Assembly: GCA_964106645.2 (NCBI GenBank)
Contig: OZ067041.1
Reading direction: 5' to 3' (one strand)
Length of the DNA stretch: 64,000 nucleotides
From: Podarcis pityusensis
Lineage: Eukaryota
A program made the translations under genes and the position numbers. Below, in pieces: positions 14,730-28,020 of the stretch; position 1 is the stretch's first letter, and the number at the start of each line of letters is the position of its first letter. Under the pieces are notes generated by a model. It worked only from the letters and a program-made list of their open reading frames with translations, had not been told where the DNA came from and ran no database searches.

Positions 14730-17700
14730 AATTGCACTCAAAGCTCTTGCCTTATTTATCATGGAAGTCATGAACAGTTGCTCTGGATTAGGTATGTACT
14801 TCTTTTACGATGCAGTGGAAGGCATGCAGGACAGAATGTTCTGAAGACCACGTTCCACTTGTCCAATCAGAAGGGGGCCAGGCTTGTGCAACCATCTGTT
14901 CAAGACACTTATTTCATGCTTTCCCCAAAATTACAGATTGCTACTTTTCCTTAGCGTGAATCAAACTGAAAGGATTGGATTAAACAACTTGAGTTTGCTT
15001 TTCTGTATGCATTCAGGGGCGGTTAGCCTCAGAAATTATATCCTGTGAGAGTTTTGTAAAACCCCTGCATTCTTCTTGTTCCATTTTTGAAGCTAGCTTT
15101 GTTTATGAAATGGCTATTATTTCATACAAATACTAGTGAGATTGCGCCAAAGTCTCATTATCTCTATTCCATCTCCATACTAGCAACGGAAATAAGTCTG
15201 TATGCTCAGAAGAAAATATTGATTTGCTTCTGTGACTGCATGGACCCCTTAGCAGCTTCTATTGTGGAGGATGCAGATGTTTCTTCTCAGCATCTGTCAC
15301 CGGTGTGCCTTGGCACTGTCATCCCTCTTCTTCCTTGCGTATATGCAGAAGGGATTGCTTTTCTTCATGATATTTTTCACCAGTTTGGCAGGGTGACAGT
15401 GTTTTTGCTCCTTCGGATTAGAGATACCTGCACTAAATTGGTCAGTTGCCTGAGGTCCTTGGAGATCACTGGAACCAAACATTTGACAAGCTGTAGAAGC
15501 CTGCTCTATTTACGAAGCTTTCCAAGCCAAATGTCATCAATTTGATGGGCCTCTGGGAGTTTGCAAACTCCACAGCAGGCTCATTTCTGGAGGGAGAGAT
15601 CTCTGATGTGTCTGCTCCCTGTCCACTGAGATATAAAATGCTTCCAGAGATGGTTGAGAAGGGACAGTAACAGTCCTCATTTTGTGTGCATCCAGGTAGA
15701 ACAAAACCATTCATGCAGAATCATGCCACGTTTTATTCTGCCTTGACCCTCTTTCATTTTTGTTATCTTGTGGCATCAGCTTTAATGTTTACAAGAGATC
15801 AGACTTTAGCTTTGTTCACCTCCGTGATAAAAGAGGAAGCTTAGAATTGAAGGAAGAAGGAAAAATAACCAACTTTTTGAGTCATGCAATGCAAAAGGTA
15901 GCTGTAGCTCAGAGCGCAACATGTCTGCAAGGGAATAGTGCAGCGCACTGTGGATGAATGTTGAGAGCTGAAGGGAAGCAATTGAAAAGTGAACTTCTCC
16001 CTAGAAATAGACTGGCCACTCAAAACAAATTGCCAACTTGCCTTCGGGTGAGGAAGCACACCTGCCAATCCCACTATAGCCAATTTAGTGCTGTAACTTT
16101 AACAAGCCACATTCAGTACCATGGGCTCAACTTCTCTTGGCAAGCTGAAATCAGCAGGTCATTTCCACCTACAGCACCTGGTGCTGAAGCAAGAGGAGAC
16201 AGCTGAGGCTCGTTACTGGAGCAGAAGGCAAATCTCAAATGAATGCCGCTTGTCTAGGGTTATCTATTCTCTTGCATAGACGCTAAAAATATCTGTTGCA
16301 TTTCCTGTTTCTGTATCACAAACGAAAATTTGCATTGGCTACTGTCCATTTAATTTTAAAGATAGCTCACTTCCAGTTAGGGATGAGGGATAAGTTTGAT
16401 TTTCTTTGCATTTTAATGAAAAACTATCAAATTCACACTTCTCAGATCAATAGGCAAAGCAAAACACAATTACCCTTTTTAATTCACACTTCTCTGAATT
16501 TTGCAATGCAGTTCTCTGACCATACATTGTGTATGGAAATGCATATATTATGCATTCAAATGCCCGTATTGGTGAAAATAGTATATCAAATGCATTATAG
16601 TAGGTGAAATTGCTTTTTAAAATGTGTATGTTAGTCATAACTGCATACAAAAATGTAAATATTATGATAAATTTGCACTAAAATGCTGATAAATTTTCAT
16701 GATAATTTTTTTATGTTCCAGAAATTGAATTTAATATTTAGAAACTGAGAAATCAAAATTGGAAGATTTAACCTCTCCTTCCAGTTTTTAATCTTACATG
16801 CACAACATTCATGAGTGAAAAATGATACAACAATGGCTTAGACTTGTGGTAGTCAACCTGTGTCTCGGTTGCACCACTTCAGATCTCAAGGGCCTAGCTT
16901 GATTGACTCCCCTTATTATGGCAATTAGGAAAGTAGCATATCAAGGAGAAGACAAGGATAGATTATTTATTCCTGACAATTAGTTTTTGTGGGATAGTAA
17001 ATGGAGGAATATGCAGTCAGGCCCTACCTGACATGATACAGTCTGGACACAGATTTACTCCCTCACTGAACTGGTATGCAAAATTACAATTAACTGTGAA
17101 ATAAGTGGAAAATTTAATAGCAGGTGATGCAAGGACAATATGCTTGAGATATAAACAGTATTTGGTCCACAAGGAGCTTAGATTTTAACATTGTTATTAT
17201 TATAAACATATTTTCAGAGTAGTACCAGTAACATAAAAGACTGAGTTTGAGATTAAATTGTGTAAAATATTTTTGCCTCGCATGTCTTGAATCAGAAAGT
17301 AACTTTAATAGGACAATTCTCTCCTTCTTGCATCAGTTTCTAAGAAATTAAGAGTAACAAAAAATAATTTGGAGTATTCTTTGTAACTTATTTAAAATGC
17401 AGTGATTAAGCTGATAAATTTGATGTGATTTTTGTGAGTGAGAGAATCTAAATTTGGTTGTTTGGTTGAATCTTTCTAGAATTAAAAATTTACAATGTTT
17501 TTGATAACTTCTTTATATGCCTCCCACAAACCAAAAGCATTAACTGTTCATAAAATATATATACATATTTACAGTGTGTGTGTGTGTGTGTGTGTATCTA
17601 TCCAGACTCTATAAGTTAATTGATGCCAACAGACTTTCCAAGTCAGAACTTAGTAAACATAAGGACTTTAAATTCATTCTTATGAGTTCTAATTTAGCAA

Positions 17701-19884
17701 TATTAATTTGGGTTTGCATCAGCCACAGTTAATCACTTTAATGCTCTATTAACATAAAACATAGTATAAACAAATATGTTACCATTTATTTATTTTAATT
17801 GTACAAATAAGCATAAGAGGTTTTAAAAATGCCTTTGGCCATAGTCCTATGCATACTTACTTGGGAGTAAATCCCACTAACTCCAATGTATAGGATTGTG
17901 TTATGTATTGGCTTGAACCATGCCCCTATTGCCCCACAGGTGCAATTTGTTCACTTGTGAACAAATTGTCAGTCACAAGCTTAATATGGGCTAAACTGGA
18001 CATGATGGCATCATGGTTAAAGCATGGGACTAGGACTCCTTTCTCAACCATAAAGGTCATTGCATTACCTTGAGAGTTACTGTCAGCCTAAACCAGCCTC
18101 CCCCAGCCTGATGCTAGCTGGAGCTGATAGGACTTGCAGAACAAAACAGCTGGAAGTTCCTGTTAACTGCAGGAAGAAAGGCAAGCAGGCTAGCCCTCAG
18201 GTGTATGGGGTGTTAGGAGAGAGAGAGTACATCTGGTAAGGTACATGTCTTGCTCCTTTTGTGGTAGTTTGTCCACCTTTTGTCCCCACCCTGCACTCAG
18301 CTTTCACCTGTGGCTCCTAGAAGCTATCAACAGTGGCCACACCTGGGAAATGCCTTCAACTGGCCAACTAAACCAGTTGAGGGTAGCTGATGGGTCTCAA
18401 ACCCTCAGCAAGTTAGGGAATTCCCCTGCATGTGAAGACAGGCTCCAATGGATTGAATGGACAAGACCAATAGTGGGTCCATGGTCAAGATGGTAGTTTT
18501 TGCATATGCTGTAGGCGGGAGTGATGGGCAGATAGGGCTCATCAGGGCAGCCTATCCAGGAGAGGAAAAACTGTGATCCTAAGCCTCCACTGCATTGCGG
18601 GATATCTTCCAAAGAAGAAAAGGTTAAGGAGTAAATCCTACACAATACCAGAGTGGAATCCCTAAGATGGTTGGGTGGAGCCTTATATGCCTCCTTCCAG
18701 CAACTCATGCAGCCAAACTGGTGCTAAACATACTGCTCTGCTTTGCTTTGGACCACATCATGGAGGCCGAGAAGCAGGACTTGTTGTCTGGGCAACCCAG
18801 GATCTCCATATAGGTACATTGCCCAGGCTTGTGCCCCAGGGATGTCACTCTGGTGCTGTTAACACAGTGATTTGACTCCATTGAGACAGACAGATGCCAA
18901 CCAAGTCCAGCCCTACCCTCTGTGGTTAATAGCAGCTTTGGAGGGATTTAAACTCCAGGCACCATGGTCCTGATTTGAATTTGGTGCTTCTGTGGCCACT
19001 TTCAGTAAAAGAAAAAGTCAATGGGAGAGTCAGGCAATGAGAATCCTCCATCACTTTAGGTTTTGCCCTGACTTCACTTGTGCAGGTTATAATGTTTGGG
19101 CATCCCACCACCTCTCTCATTCAAAACAGGCTCGCTTATGTTGCAGAGTTCTTGCAAGCAGGCATTACTGAAGTTGTGTTCTTGAAGTGTCTGGAACATT
19201 TTCAACATGCTACAGAAATTGTTAAACATTACTCCTAAGTGCTGCGTCTCAATTGCATAGGGATTTCCGCCCCCCCTCAAGAGACAGAACAAAAAAGGGA
19301 CAGAGCAGGCCCAGTGAGTAGCAGGAGCTCATGTGGATTTTGGAGCTACTCTTGAGTTGCTGCTAAGATGAAACAAGGCTTTGCGGGATTTGCTGTAGTA
19401 AGTTATTTCCAAGTTTCGCTGCAGCAAGCAACACAAGGGTTCATCACTCTTCGCCCACATGTCGAGTGCAGGATAACACATTAGCTGCAGCGGCACACAC
19501 TGCTGTTAATGCTGCCGGAGCTCCATAGCACTGGACTGCCTGTGTTTGAGTGACCTCACTGCCACACACACACAAATATTCCAGAGGAACTCAGTTAATG
19601 GCGGGCACCACCATTAGGAAATTTGGGGTGCAATAAATAAAGTAAATTAATGTACTCTTTCTCTAATCTCTCCTCATTCATTCGCACATCAGTTCTTGTC
19701 AGCCTTTTCCTCCTGTGTGCAATATTTTTATTTGTTTTCCCCTCATAAAAACTAAAAGGCCTCGGAGGAAAAGAAATGAAAGATAAGCTTAGGTGAATAC
19801 ACTGCTGATTACTTGTAACTGCAACCTGAGGTTTTGTGAGGAATGCACCAAGCATTGACAACACACAAGAGAAGGATTAGCAAC

Positions 19885-19885
<1 letters not shown>

Positions 19886-19918
<33 letters not shown>
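19886..19918. repeat. (AAT)n microsatellite
   Basis: Seen directly. Confidence 0.95.
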
Positions 19919-21527
19919 CCCTCTCCAAACAGGGTTGTTCACATGAAGGGGAAGATTCCAACTATGGCTAAGGGTGGGTTTGGAAATCTTCATTGCTATA
20001 GTTAAATCAGCCTTCCTCAACCTGGTATGCGTCAAATGTTTTGGACTACAGTTCTCATCATTCTTGACCATTGTCCTTGCTCGCTGGGGCTGATGGGAAT
20101 TGGGAGTATGCAGGGTATGAGGCTGCGGAAGGATGAGATTTTTTTCATGCTCAACTGTTGGTTTGGCTCTGCCTTTAATAAAAAGTAGGCGAGTTTGCCA
20201 TAAACCAAATCTATCTCTGCAACTTAGTTTTGGGTTATAATTTTACACACACACACCAGAAAATGATCTTTAAAAAAAAATATTATGAGAAAGATATGAT
20301 AGTATTAATGTTATAAGACTTTGGGGGTTTTTTAGTGTGTTGCCTTGGTTATTCCCAGGTGAAGAATAGGGAGCTATTCCCTTAGAATAAAAGGTTACAG
20401 CATTTGGCCCTTTTTCTTTTATAGAAAATGTATAACATTATGCATGGTATTGAGAAAGTGGATATAGGAAAGTTTTTCTGCCTCTCTTATAATATGTGGG
20501 CATTCAGTGAAGCTGAATTTGGGACAGATGAAAGAAACCACTTCTTCACACAGTGCGTAGTTGATCTATGGAATTTGTTCCTCTTTGCTTCCTTTTCTGT
20601 CTTTTGAAGATGCTGTTCTGAAAATGGTGTCAGAGGTTGCTAGATGTGCAATAGCAGTCAAATCTCTGAGTTTAGGGGTGGGTGTATCTCGTCTCTACAG
20701 CACATGCATGAGCATGAAGATGTTTGTGAAGTGCATTGTATGGTGGTGTTTTGCACACTGCTGAACTACAGGACCATGACCTTAGCACATTTGCAACTAA
20801 AAGGACAAATGCCTTCTTGTCTTTTAAAAACAGTTCAGGACAGGCTGTTGTTGCACAAAGAAACACAGCAAGAGGGGCTGGATGAGGCGTGTTGATTGTT
20901 GCTCCCATTGCTTTCCACATTGATTTCAGTGGGATCTAAGTTCAACCAATTTGGGGATAAATCCAAACTTAGTCATGCTCAGAGCAGACCTATTGAAATC
21001 ACTGTGACTTGAGTTAGACATGACTAACTTAAGACTCCTTAATTACATTGGGCATTTTCTGAGCATGGCCAAGTCTAGATCCAACCCACAGTATAGAGTC
21101 TTCAGTAGCATGGTATGGGAAGGGGGTGGTGATGTCAGGAAATGATCTTTGCTCTCAGAATGGAGGTAGTAGAAGTGTGTCCATATTGTCAGCTGAGAAG
21201 TGTTGGAGGGGTGAAACATGCGTTGCCCTTAAAGATAGTGAGAAAATAAGTAATAGACTTTGTATGCTAGTGGGAGGCTATGTCTGGAAGGCTGGTTGAA
21301 AGTATGATCTGACAATAGTGTAAACCTCACCTTAGCCATAAACTATTAAGAGGCTTTAGCCAAAGTGCTGTTCTCCCATCCATAGCACTCCACCAGCAAT
21401 AGAGGAGGTTGCCTACATTAAAGGAATTTTGTAGAGGTAATTCAGGTGGATTTTTCAAACACTTGAAATATACTCTATAAATCCTAAGTCTTATTACCCA
21501 TAAACACACCACTGATCCAAACCTTAA

Positions 21528-21975
21528 GGGAAGGGCCATAGCTCACCTGACGCCTACATGACATATATTTAGGTGCCATATCAAAACGTTTCTCTTTAAC
21601 CAGGCGTTTGGCAGATTAACATTCTATGGCTTTTTAAATGTGGGCGGGGGCGATAATTGGTTTGTTTTTGCTTTATTATGTATTTTGTGTTCTCGTTTTG
21701 TATTTTTACATTGTGAACCGCCCTGTGATTTTTCAGATGAATGGCAGCATACAATTTTTAATAATAATAATTAATAATGTAATAATAATTAATAGCAGCT
21801 CAGTGGAAGAGTGTCTACCAGAAGCTTTCTGGTTCAGTCCCGGGCATTTCTAGGTAGAGCTGCACATTCCCTCTGCCTGAAATGATGGAGAGTCACTACC
21901 AGTCTGTGTAGGCAATAGTGAGCTAGATGGACCAGTGGTCTGACTCTGTATAAGGCAGCTTCCTATGTTCCTATG
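21528..21975 (+). mobile_element. tRNA-derived squamate SINE (TTCCTATG tail) interrupted by an L2-like 3' fragment at 21546-21796
   Basis: GGGAAGGGCCATAGCTCA|GTGG.. head is split by an insert with a (TAA)n tail and duplicated AGCTCA; ends GGCAGCTTCCTATGTTCCTATG. Related decayed copies near 4430-4625 and 59840-59990. Confidence 0.7.
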
Positions 21976-23579
21976 TTAAGCTTGCCACTTTGTCATGGTG
22001 ATATCATACAAAGGTACAGTGGTGTGTACTGGGAGGACACAAATCCTGAAATTTAACGTATCCTACTTATGCAAGGGATTAAGTATGGGGTTTATTTCAG
22101 CAATATATTTTAGTAATGTGCTTTTATTAGTCCCCCACACCCTGTTATATATATGCTGTATAAGTTATATAAAGGCCTTGTAAAATGCTTATATGGCAGT
22201 GTTTGAAAATTGTTGCCTGCTATAAATAAAAATGAATGAATATGTAAATAAGATGTGTATTCTCAGGTGTGCCTAAGTCCTCTGGGCCACAAGAAATGTC
22301 AGTGATTGGTGATGGAACCACTTGCATTTCGCCCTTACCCCCAGAGTCCTCACCTCATGATTGTGAAGCACATAGCATCCAGGAGGAAACATAACAAAAA
22401 GTCTCCCATCGTGTTTCTGTCACCAGGTCTCAATCCACAGAAGTATTTCCTGGCTTGAATTATCATTTCCAAGCAAGTGTTTACTGACACTGTGTTTTCC
22501 CTTTGACCATTATTTTTGCAATTCAGTTCACAAACAGTGTGTGCTGGTATACATTCAGTACCATGGGCCTGCATCATAAGAACTTAGGGTATTAAATCTG
22601 TATCTCCCCACAATAATAAATGCATCTTAATGTCAAAGGGCTTCAGAAAAGAAGGGAAGATTACATTTCTTTTCAAACAAGTAATTGGTGCCCCAGCAAG
22701 GTAATGCTGAACAGAAGTTTCCTCAGCAGTTTTTTTCTTCTTATTGTTTTAAATGGTTTGTTGCGTTTCAGCAGGTATACAGGATGTTAAATGTTAAAAG
22801 CATAAGTTTCCCCAAGGCAACTTGACTCATATATTACTGTCATGCAAAAAATTGCATATTGCTTATGCCAAGATATCAGATGAAATCAGTCTACATTTGG
22901 ACATTTGGATTGCCTTGAAAGAAAAGAAGGGAAAGTAGGTTTTCTGCAGTAGTAATTAAATATTTTTGACACACACATTTATTAGATCCAGAACATTTAC
23001 AGCTGCAAACACATTGTGAATCTCACTTCTAGGACTCAACCCTCCCCCCCCCCCCAGCATACTCCCAAGAAACATGCAATTATCCCAAAGCGAGAGTGCT
23101 GTTTGGTTTAGGGAAATTTCTATATTCTACAAAAAGAATGGGTAAAGAACTTAAGCATATTGTCCATTATATACTTTTTTTCATTTCTGACAATTCCAGC
23201 TTGCAATACAGTCCAAATATTTTCAGTAATAATGAGGGGAGAAAAGAGTAAAATGCACATGTTCTAGCCGTGATCTAGGAAATCTTGCCTACTCCAATTT
23301 AAACTGAAATAATATTTTCAATACAAATTTAAAGAATGCTGGGATTATCTTCAGATCACACACACCAGGTAGGATTTCTGTTTACATGGTTTTATGCTGG
23401 ATAGACAGGGCATTCACACACACACTCCCCTTCATGTGTTGAGAGGGTCATAGTGGAGAGGCAAGTATTATCCGAACTGATCCTATGCAACTCTTACACT
23501 AATTACACACTCAAGGTATGGCATGCTTTAAATGAGTGCAACACTGTCAGAGTCCTCTCAATTTTAGCTGCACCCTGGG

Positions 23580-23828
23580 TAGGCTTGCCATACGTCAGGA
23601 TGACATGTCTTGATTTTCTAGTGTAAAAATGGCGTTGGGGGAATTTTGTCGAATTGGCAAAATGTCAGGGAAATCCCAGATGTATGGCAATGTGATGGGA
23701 AAAGCAGCGAAAACAGCTCTTAAAGCTTAAAATCACTAATTTTGGGGGAGATTTTCCCCAAACAGCTCAACAATATGGGTTTGTTCCCCCCAAAAAGGTA
23801 TTTTGCTTTTTGAAATATGGCAACCCTA
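23580..23828. mobile_element. hAT (Blackjack-like) MITE
   Basis: TIRs TAGGCTTGCCATA / TATGGCAACCCTA; 8-bp TSD ACCCTGGG at 23572-23579 and 23829-23836. Confidence 0.85.
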
Positions 23829-24593
23829 ACCCTGGGCCTATATTATTTAAAAACACAAGGAAGACTTGCAAACTTGTATCACGTTTGCTTTCCTCCAGTC
23901 TTTCACTTTCTCTTCCTCATTTCTCCCTGACTTGTCAGGTATAATTAGTAGTTGTTGAATGAATTGATCAGCTAATTTCCTCCTCACCCTCGGATGCATT
24001 TAATCCATTAGCGGATGATTTGTAGAGACTTGGCTCCCCCCCCCAAAAAAAAACCCCACCACACACACCATTTCCTTGCCTGCGTTTTAACAATAATTAT
24101 ATTTACTAAATCATCACCATTTCCTGATTGCCCACCTCACTATGTTCTTTATTTCCCTTGGAAAAGGCTTTGTGGTATTTTTACCAAGCACTTTTGCATC
24201 TCACTTGTTTTAAAAAATCATCTTGAATGTCACCTCTCTTTCATATATTAATGGGCATATCTACTACATAGCAATTTTCTCCTTCTTGATAAAAGCTGTC
24301 TAGGACATTAACCCATTCTTACAGTTTATGCAATTATGTATTCCTTGCTTTGCAATTAATTTAGAATACCTTTTTATCCACGTTGACTTGTTTGCCTTAT
24401 AGATAACTTTGCCCCACATTCAGATCCTCAGAAACCTCCAACTGCAATAAGTGTTGGATAATGTTGTGTGCTATGTTGTGCAGTGGGGTGATTTAGTCTT
24501 CTGCAGAGCTGAAGTCTTCTCTTCATAAAGATTAATAAAAGGTTTATTTATTTTTAAAGTATCCCGAGCCGCAAGTGGAAGCATAATGATACC

Positions 24594-24730
24594 AGAATCA
24601 TATATTGCGGAGTTGGAAGGGACCATGAAGATCATTTAATCCAATCTCTTGCAATGCAGGAATCTTTTGCCCAGCCTGTGGCTCAAACCCACAACCTTAA
24701 AATTAAGAGTCTCATGCTCTACCCTGTTGA
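24594..24730 (-). mobile_element. Second, more diverged tRNA-Lys/CR1-tail SINE
   Basis: Reverse-complement match to 52963-53095 (GTTGGAAGGGACC...TTAAGAGTCTCATGCTCTACC). Confidence 0.75.
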
Positions 24731-24751
24731 ACACAGTGAATTCAACTTTTC

Positions 24752-25127
24752 TTTTCTTTTCTTTTCTTTTATTTATTTATTTTAATTTTTTAAAAAAAAT
24801 AATTTTTATTAACCGACCAATCACATCAAATCAAACCAAATTACATAAATTCCAAATTACAAAGCCAAATTTTAAATTTTTGTTGGGGGTACCCATATTT
24901 CAAGTTCCGAAGGGGATCCAATCCTCTTCTTGCTGCTGCTTTAATGTCCACAAATCTATCCATATGATGTTCACAGTGCTATCCAGTCCTTTCTTATTGT
25001 TTTCCACATTTCTTCTTGTTATTCTCATATATTTCTCCTTTCTCTTTGTGTCCTCTGATGCTCTTCAAAGCGGGTTAAGACAAATTGTAATCCTGCGTGG
25101 ATATTTTTATTCATCCAAGAGCCATAT
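24752..25127 (-). mobile_element. 5'-truncated poly(A) retroposon (L1-type 3' end)
   Basis: 16-bp TSD GTGAATTCAACTTTTC at 24736-24751 and 25128-25143; AATAAA followed by an A-rich tail on the - strand. Confidence 0.8.
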
Positions 25128-27934
25128 GTGAATTCAACTTTTCAGGCTGGCATTGGAGACAGCGGTGAAATTTTCATAGGGGAACAGTTAGGGCCAAAGG
25201 CACTAGCTTGCGAGGGGGCATGGGGAGTCGATGTCATGCATGTGACATTGTGTGACATTGTGACATCCTGGCATCATGCACAAAAGCATTGTGCTTCCCT
25301 CCCTAAGCTGAGCAGAAGTTTCCCGGGCTTTGAGAAGGAGGTACCACGGTTCTGACAGGATGCTGGAGCTCTCCTACCTCCTTCCAAAAGCTGAATGGGC
25401 TTTGGGAAGATTGCTGGACTGATCTTGGATCCAGCAGAGCTTCTCACTTTCCTCCCTAAGCCAGGCAGAAGCTTACTGGGCTTTGGGAAGGAGGTACCAG
25501 GGGAACATTTAGGAGACCAGCTTAGTCCCCTGAGTCCAATGACCGCAAGCCACTGGGAAACATCCACATTGAGGGTTGTGTTCTGCGACTTACCCAAGGC
25601 AGGAATATATGACTAGCCGATTTGCGTGTGCTTCTCGCTTTAAGCTCCTCCTCCAGTTTAGTTCCAGTCTTCACTGAAGGCAGGTGTATTTCTCCTACTC
25701 TTCTTGCTTTACCTTTTGAACTCAGGCTCCTGTTGGATCTAGATCTACTGCTGGGCAGTTTGGTCTAGATCCCCTTGAAGGGGGCCCACATCTGTTATCA
25801 GACATCGTAGCTGATGTGGCAGTTGGGAGATAGGTTCTGCAAGACATCCATCCTCATCCATCCATCCTCATACCATCCCTTGCAGCTATACAATTTTCAC
25901 CCAGCTTATGTAATTCCCTCTAGGTGGATGTGCCCAGTGCCAACCTGAGAATGGAGCAAAGGGCCTTCTAGGGTAGCATAAGGAGACCCCCACTGTCATA
26001 CCTTATCACACTTCACTCTTTTTACACTGACTTCCTTGATTATTCACTCAACCCATGCCACTTTGCATAATCTACTCCTTTTTCCTTGTGGTGTCTTTTC
26101 ATTGTTTTCTTCTCGAGATGAAATATCATTTTTGCTTTTGTTTTGTCATGGACAAAATTGAAAGGGGAGTTTAAAGGGAAGAGCTATTCTTGACAAAGCA
26201 CATTGTCTAATGTGCATGTCTCCTGATGCCAACCTGGAAGCCCTGTCTACCATAAGTGATCAATGTTCCTTGCTAGCTTTCTTGAAATCATGACGGCACA
26301 TGAGAATTCTTAAAAGCATCTTCATTCCAAAAATTGTTGTTCAAGTGGCTGAGAAGCCAGTACTCATGTCTTCTATATCCTACATTGCCTACTGTGCCCC
26401 CAACCTCAGCACAGCACAGCACTGCTTGAGCAATCAAATAGACTGAATAAACAGGAATAGAAATGTATAGGACTATGTGATTTTGTGTGCTGCCATTTCT
26501 TAATCTGATATCCTGGCATTTAGAGGGTTAGCTTGGCTTTACTTTGCAGCACTTCCTATTTACCTTTCCTTCCTATTCATCCAAGGAGATGCAGTGTTTA
26601 GAAACTGCAAAATATACATACCATACCTTACCAATGATACTATATATGCCGCTGGACGTATCACTATGTGGCAATATATGTCCACTCAGCCTTTCTACCT
26701 GACAGTGCCTATCTGCCTCAACTTCAAAGGGAGGCAAGTAATGGCGTGCTTGCGGCCTCTACATTTCTGTTCTTGTGTCTCTTGCTAAGTGGCTTATAAT
26801 AAACAGTATTCCCCTTGAGAACTGCAAGACATACTTTTCTAAGAGAATTAAATCTTAATGGAAAATTACAGTAATTAGATACGATATCTACGGCTCATGT
26901 GGTTTTTTATGTTCCTGAATCAAATTGGAGTACTAATTTACCCTGGAAAATATGCAAATCAGAATTTTGAGGCCATTGAGAACTCGGAATTTAACTTCAT
27001 TGGTCACTCATGCAGGAAAAATCTGAACTTTGAAAATTAAGGCAGCCATTTTGCCTGAATGGTAGGCTGGACATTGGGAAAGCATAAAGTGTTCTGGTAT
27101 CTGTCAAAGTATTATCCGAATAACACATGGCTATAGCCACGGCTGGCACCCGAAGGTTCACCACACTGCTCCAATGAATGAAAAGTTCCAGGGGACTAGC
27201 ATTAAGAAGTAGGTTCCCTGTCGACGAAGGTCAGTGAAATAGTCTGGGAATTTCATAACAACTGTGTTTGAAAATATACAGGCTGGCCATAGACAGAGGT
27301 ACAGCTTACAGACTGTAACAGAAAGCTGGATTTCTAGGGAGATAGTCTGCACCCTCAGGTGCTTATGGAGCCCAAACTCTTTAGGTTTTCTTCTGTGCCT
27401 GATCTAAACTGCAGTCTGTTTTTCTTTTCACAAAACAACACCTTGCCCCTCCCCCTGTGATTTCTGACCATCACCTATCCATGTTAGCTCACATGGAAGC
27501 ACACCACTTGAACATCATGGACAACAGCACTCCTTTGACAAATCCAGGTATTGCCTCCAGCAACCCACACTATCAGAGTGGTCTGATAGGAAAGAATTCT
27601 CATAGGAAATGCCAGAGCTTATTTTCTTGTGCAGTCTGACTATTGGTTGAGATTATTCCCCTCCCAGGGAAGGACCAGTAGACATGTCATATCACATAAA
27701 CCCAAGCAACTGGGAATCATACTGCGGATGTTGTAAGAGTTCTTGGACTGCTCAAATCTAGCGGAGAGACCTATGTAGCCATTAACACTCTTCACTGAAC
27801 ACAGGCATTGTGGATATTAATTTGTGCGACTGATATGAGGAAGTAACAATTGGAAATTGAGGTGGAAAGCAAGTATTTGAACACAGTATTCATTTCCATA
27901 TACTTTTAAATATGACAGTGCAGCATAAATACAT

Positions 27935-27949
27935 TCTCTCTCTCTCTCT

Positions 27950-27999
<50 letters not shown>

Positions 28000-28020
28000 C
28001 AGAGAGAGCGAGAGAGAGCG
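27935..28020. repeat. Compound (CT)n(CA)n(GA)n(GAGACA)n microsatellite
   Basis: Seen directly. Confidence 0.95.

Noticed and set aside
16378-16780. TAGGGATG-type DNA transposon relic
   Set aside because: The right TIR is degenerate and only a partial TTCCAGT duplication is seen; too weak to call.
18230-18930. Probable old RTE-related repeat
   Set aside because: Looks repeat-like, but I could not confirm boundaries, a TSD or coding motifs.
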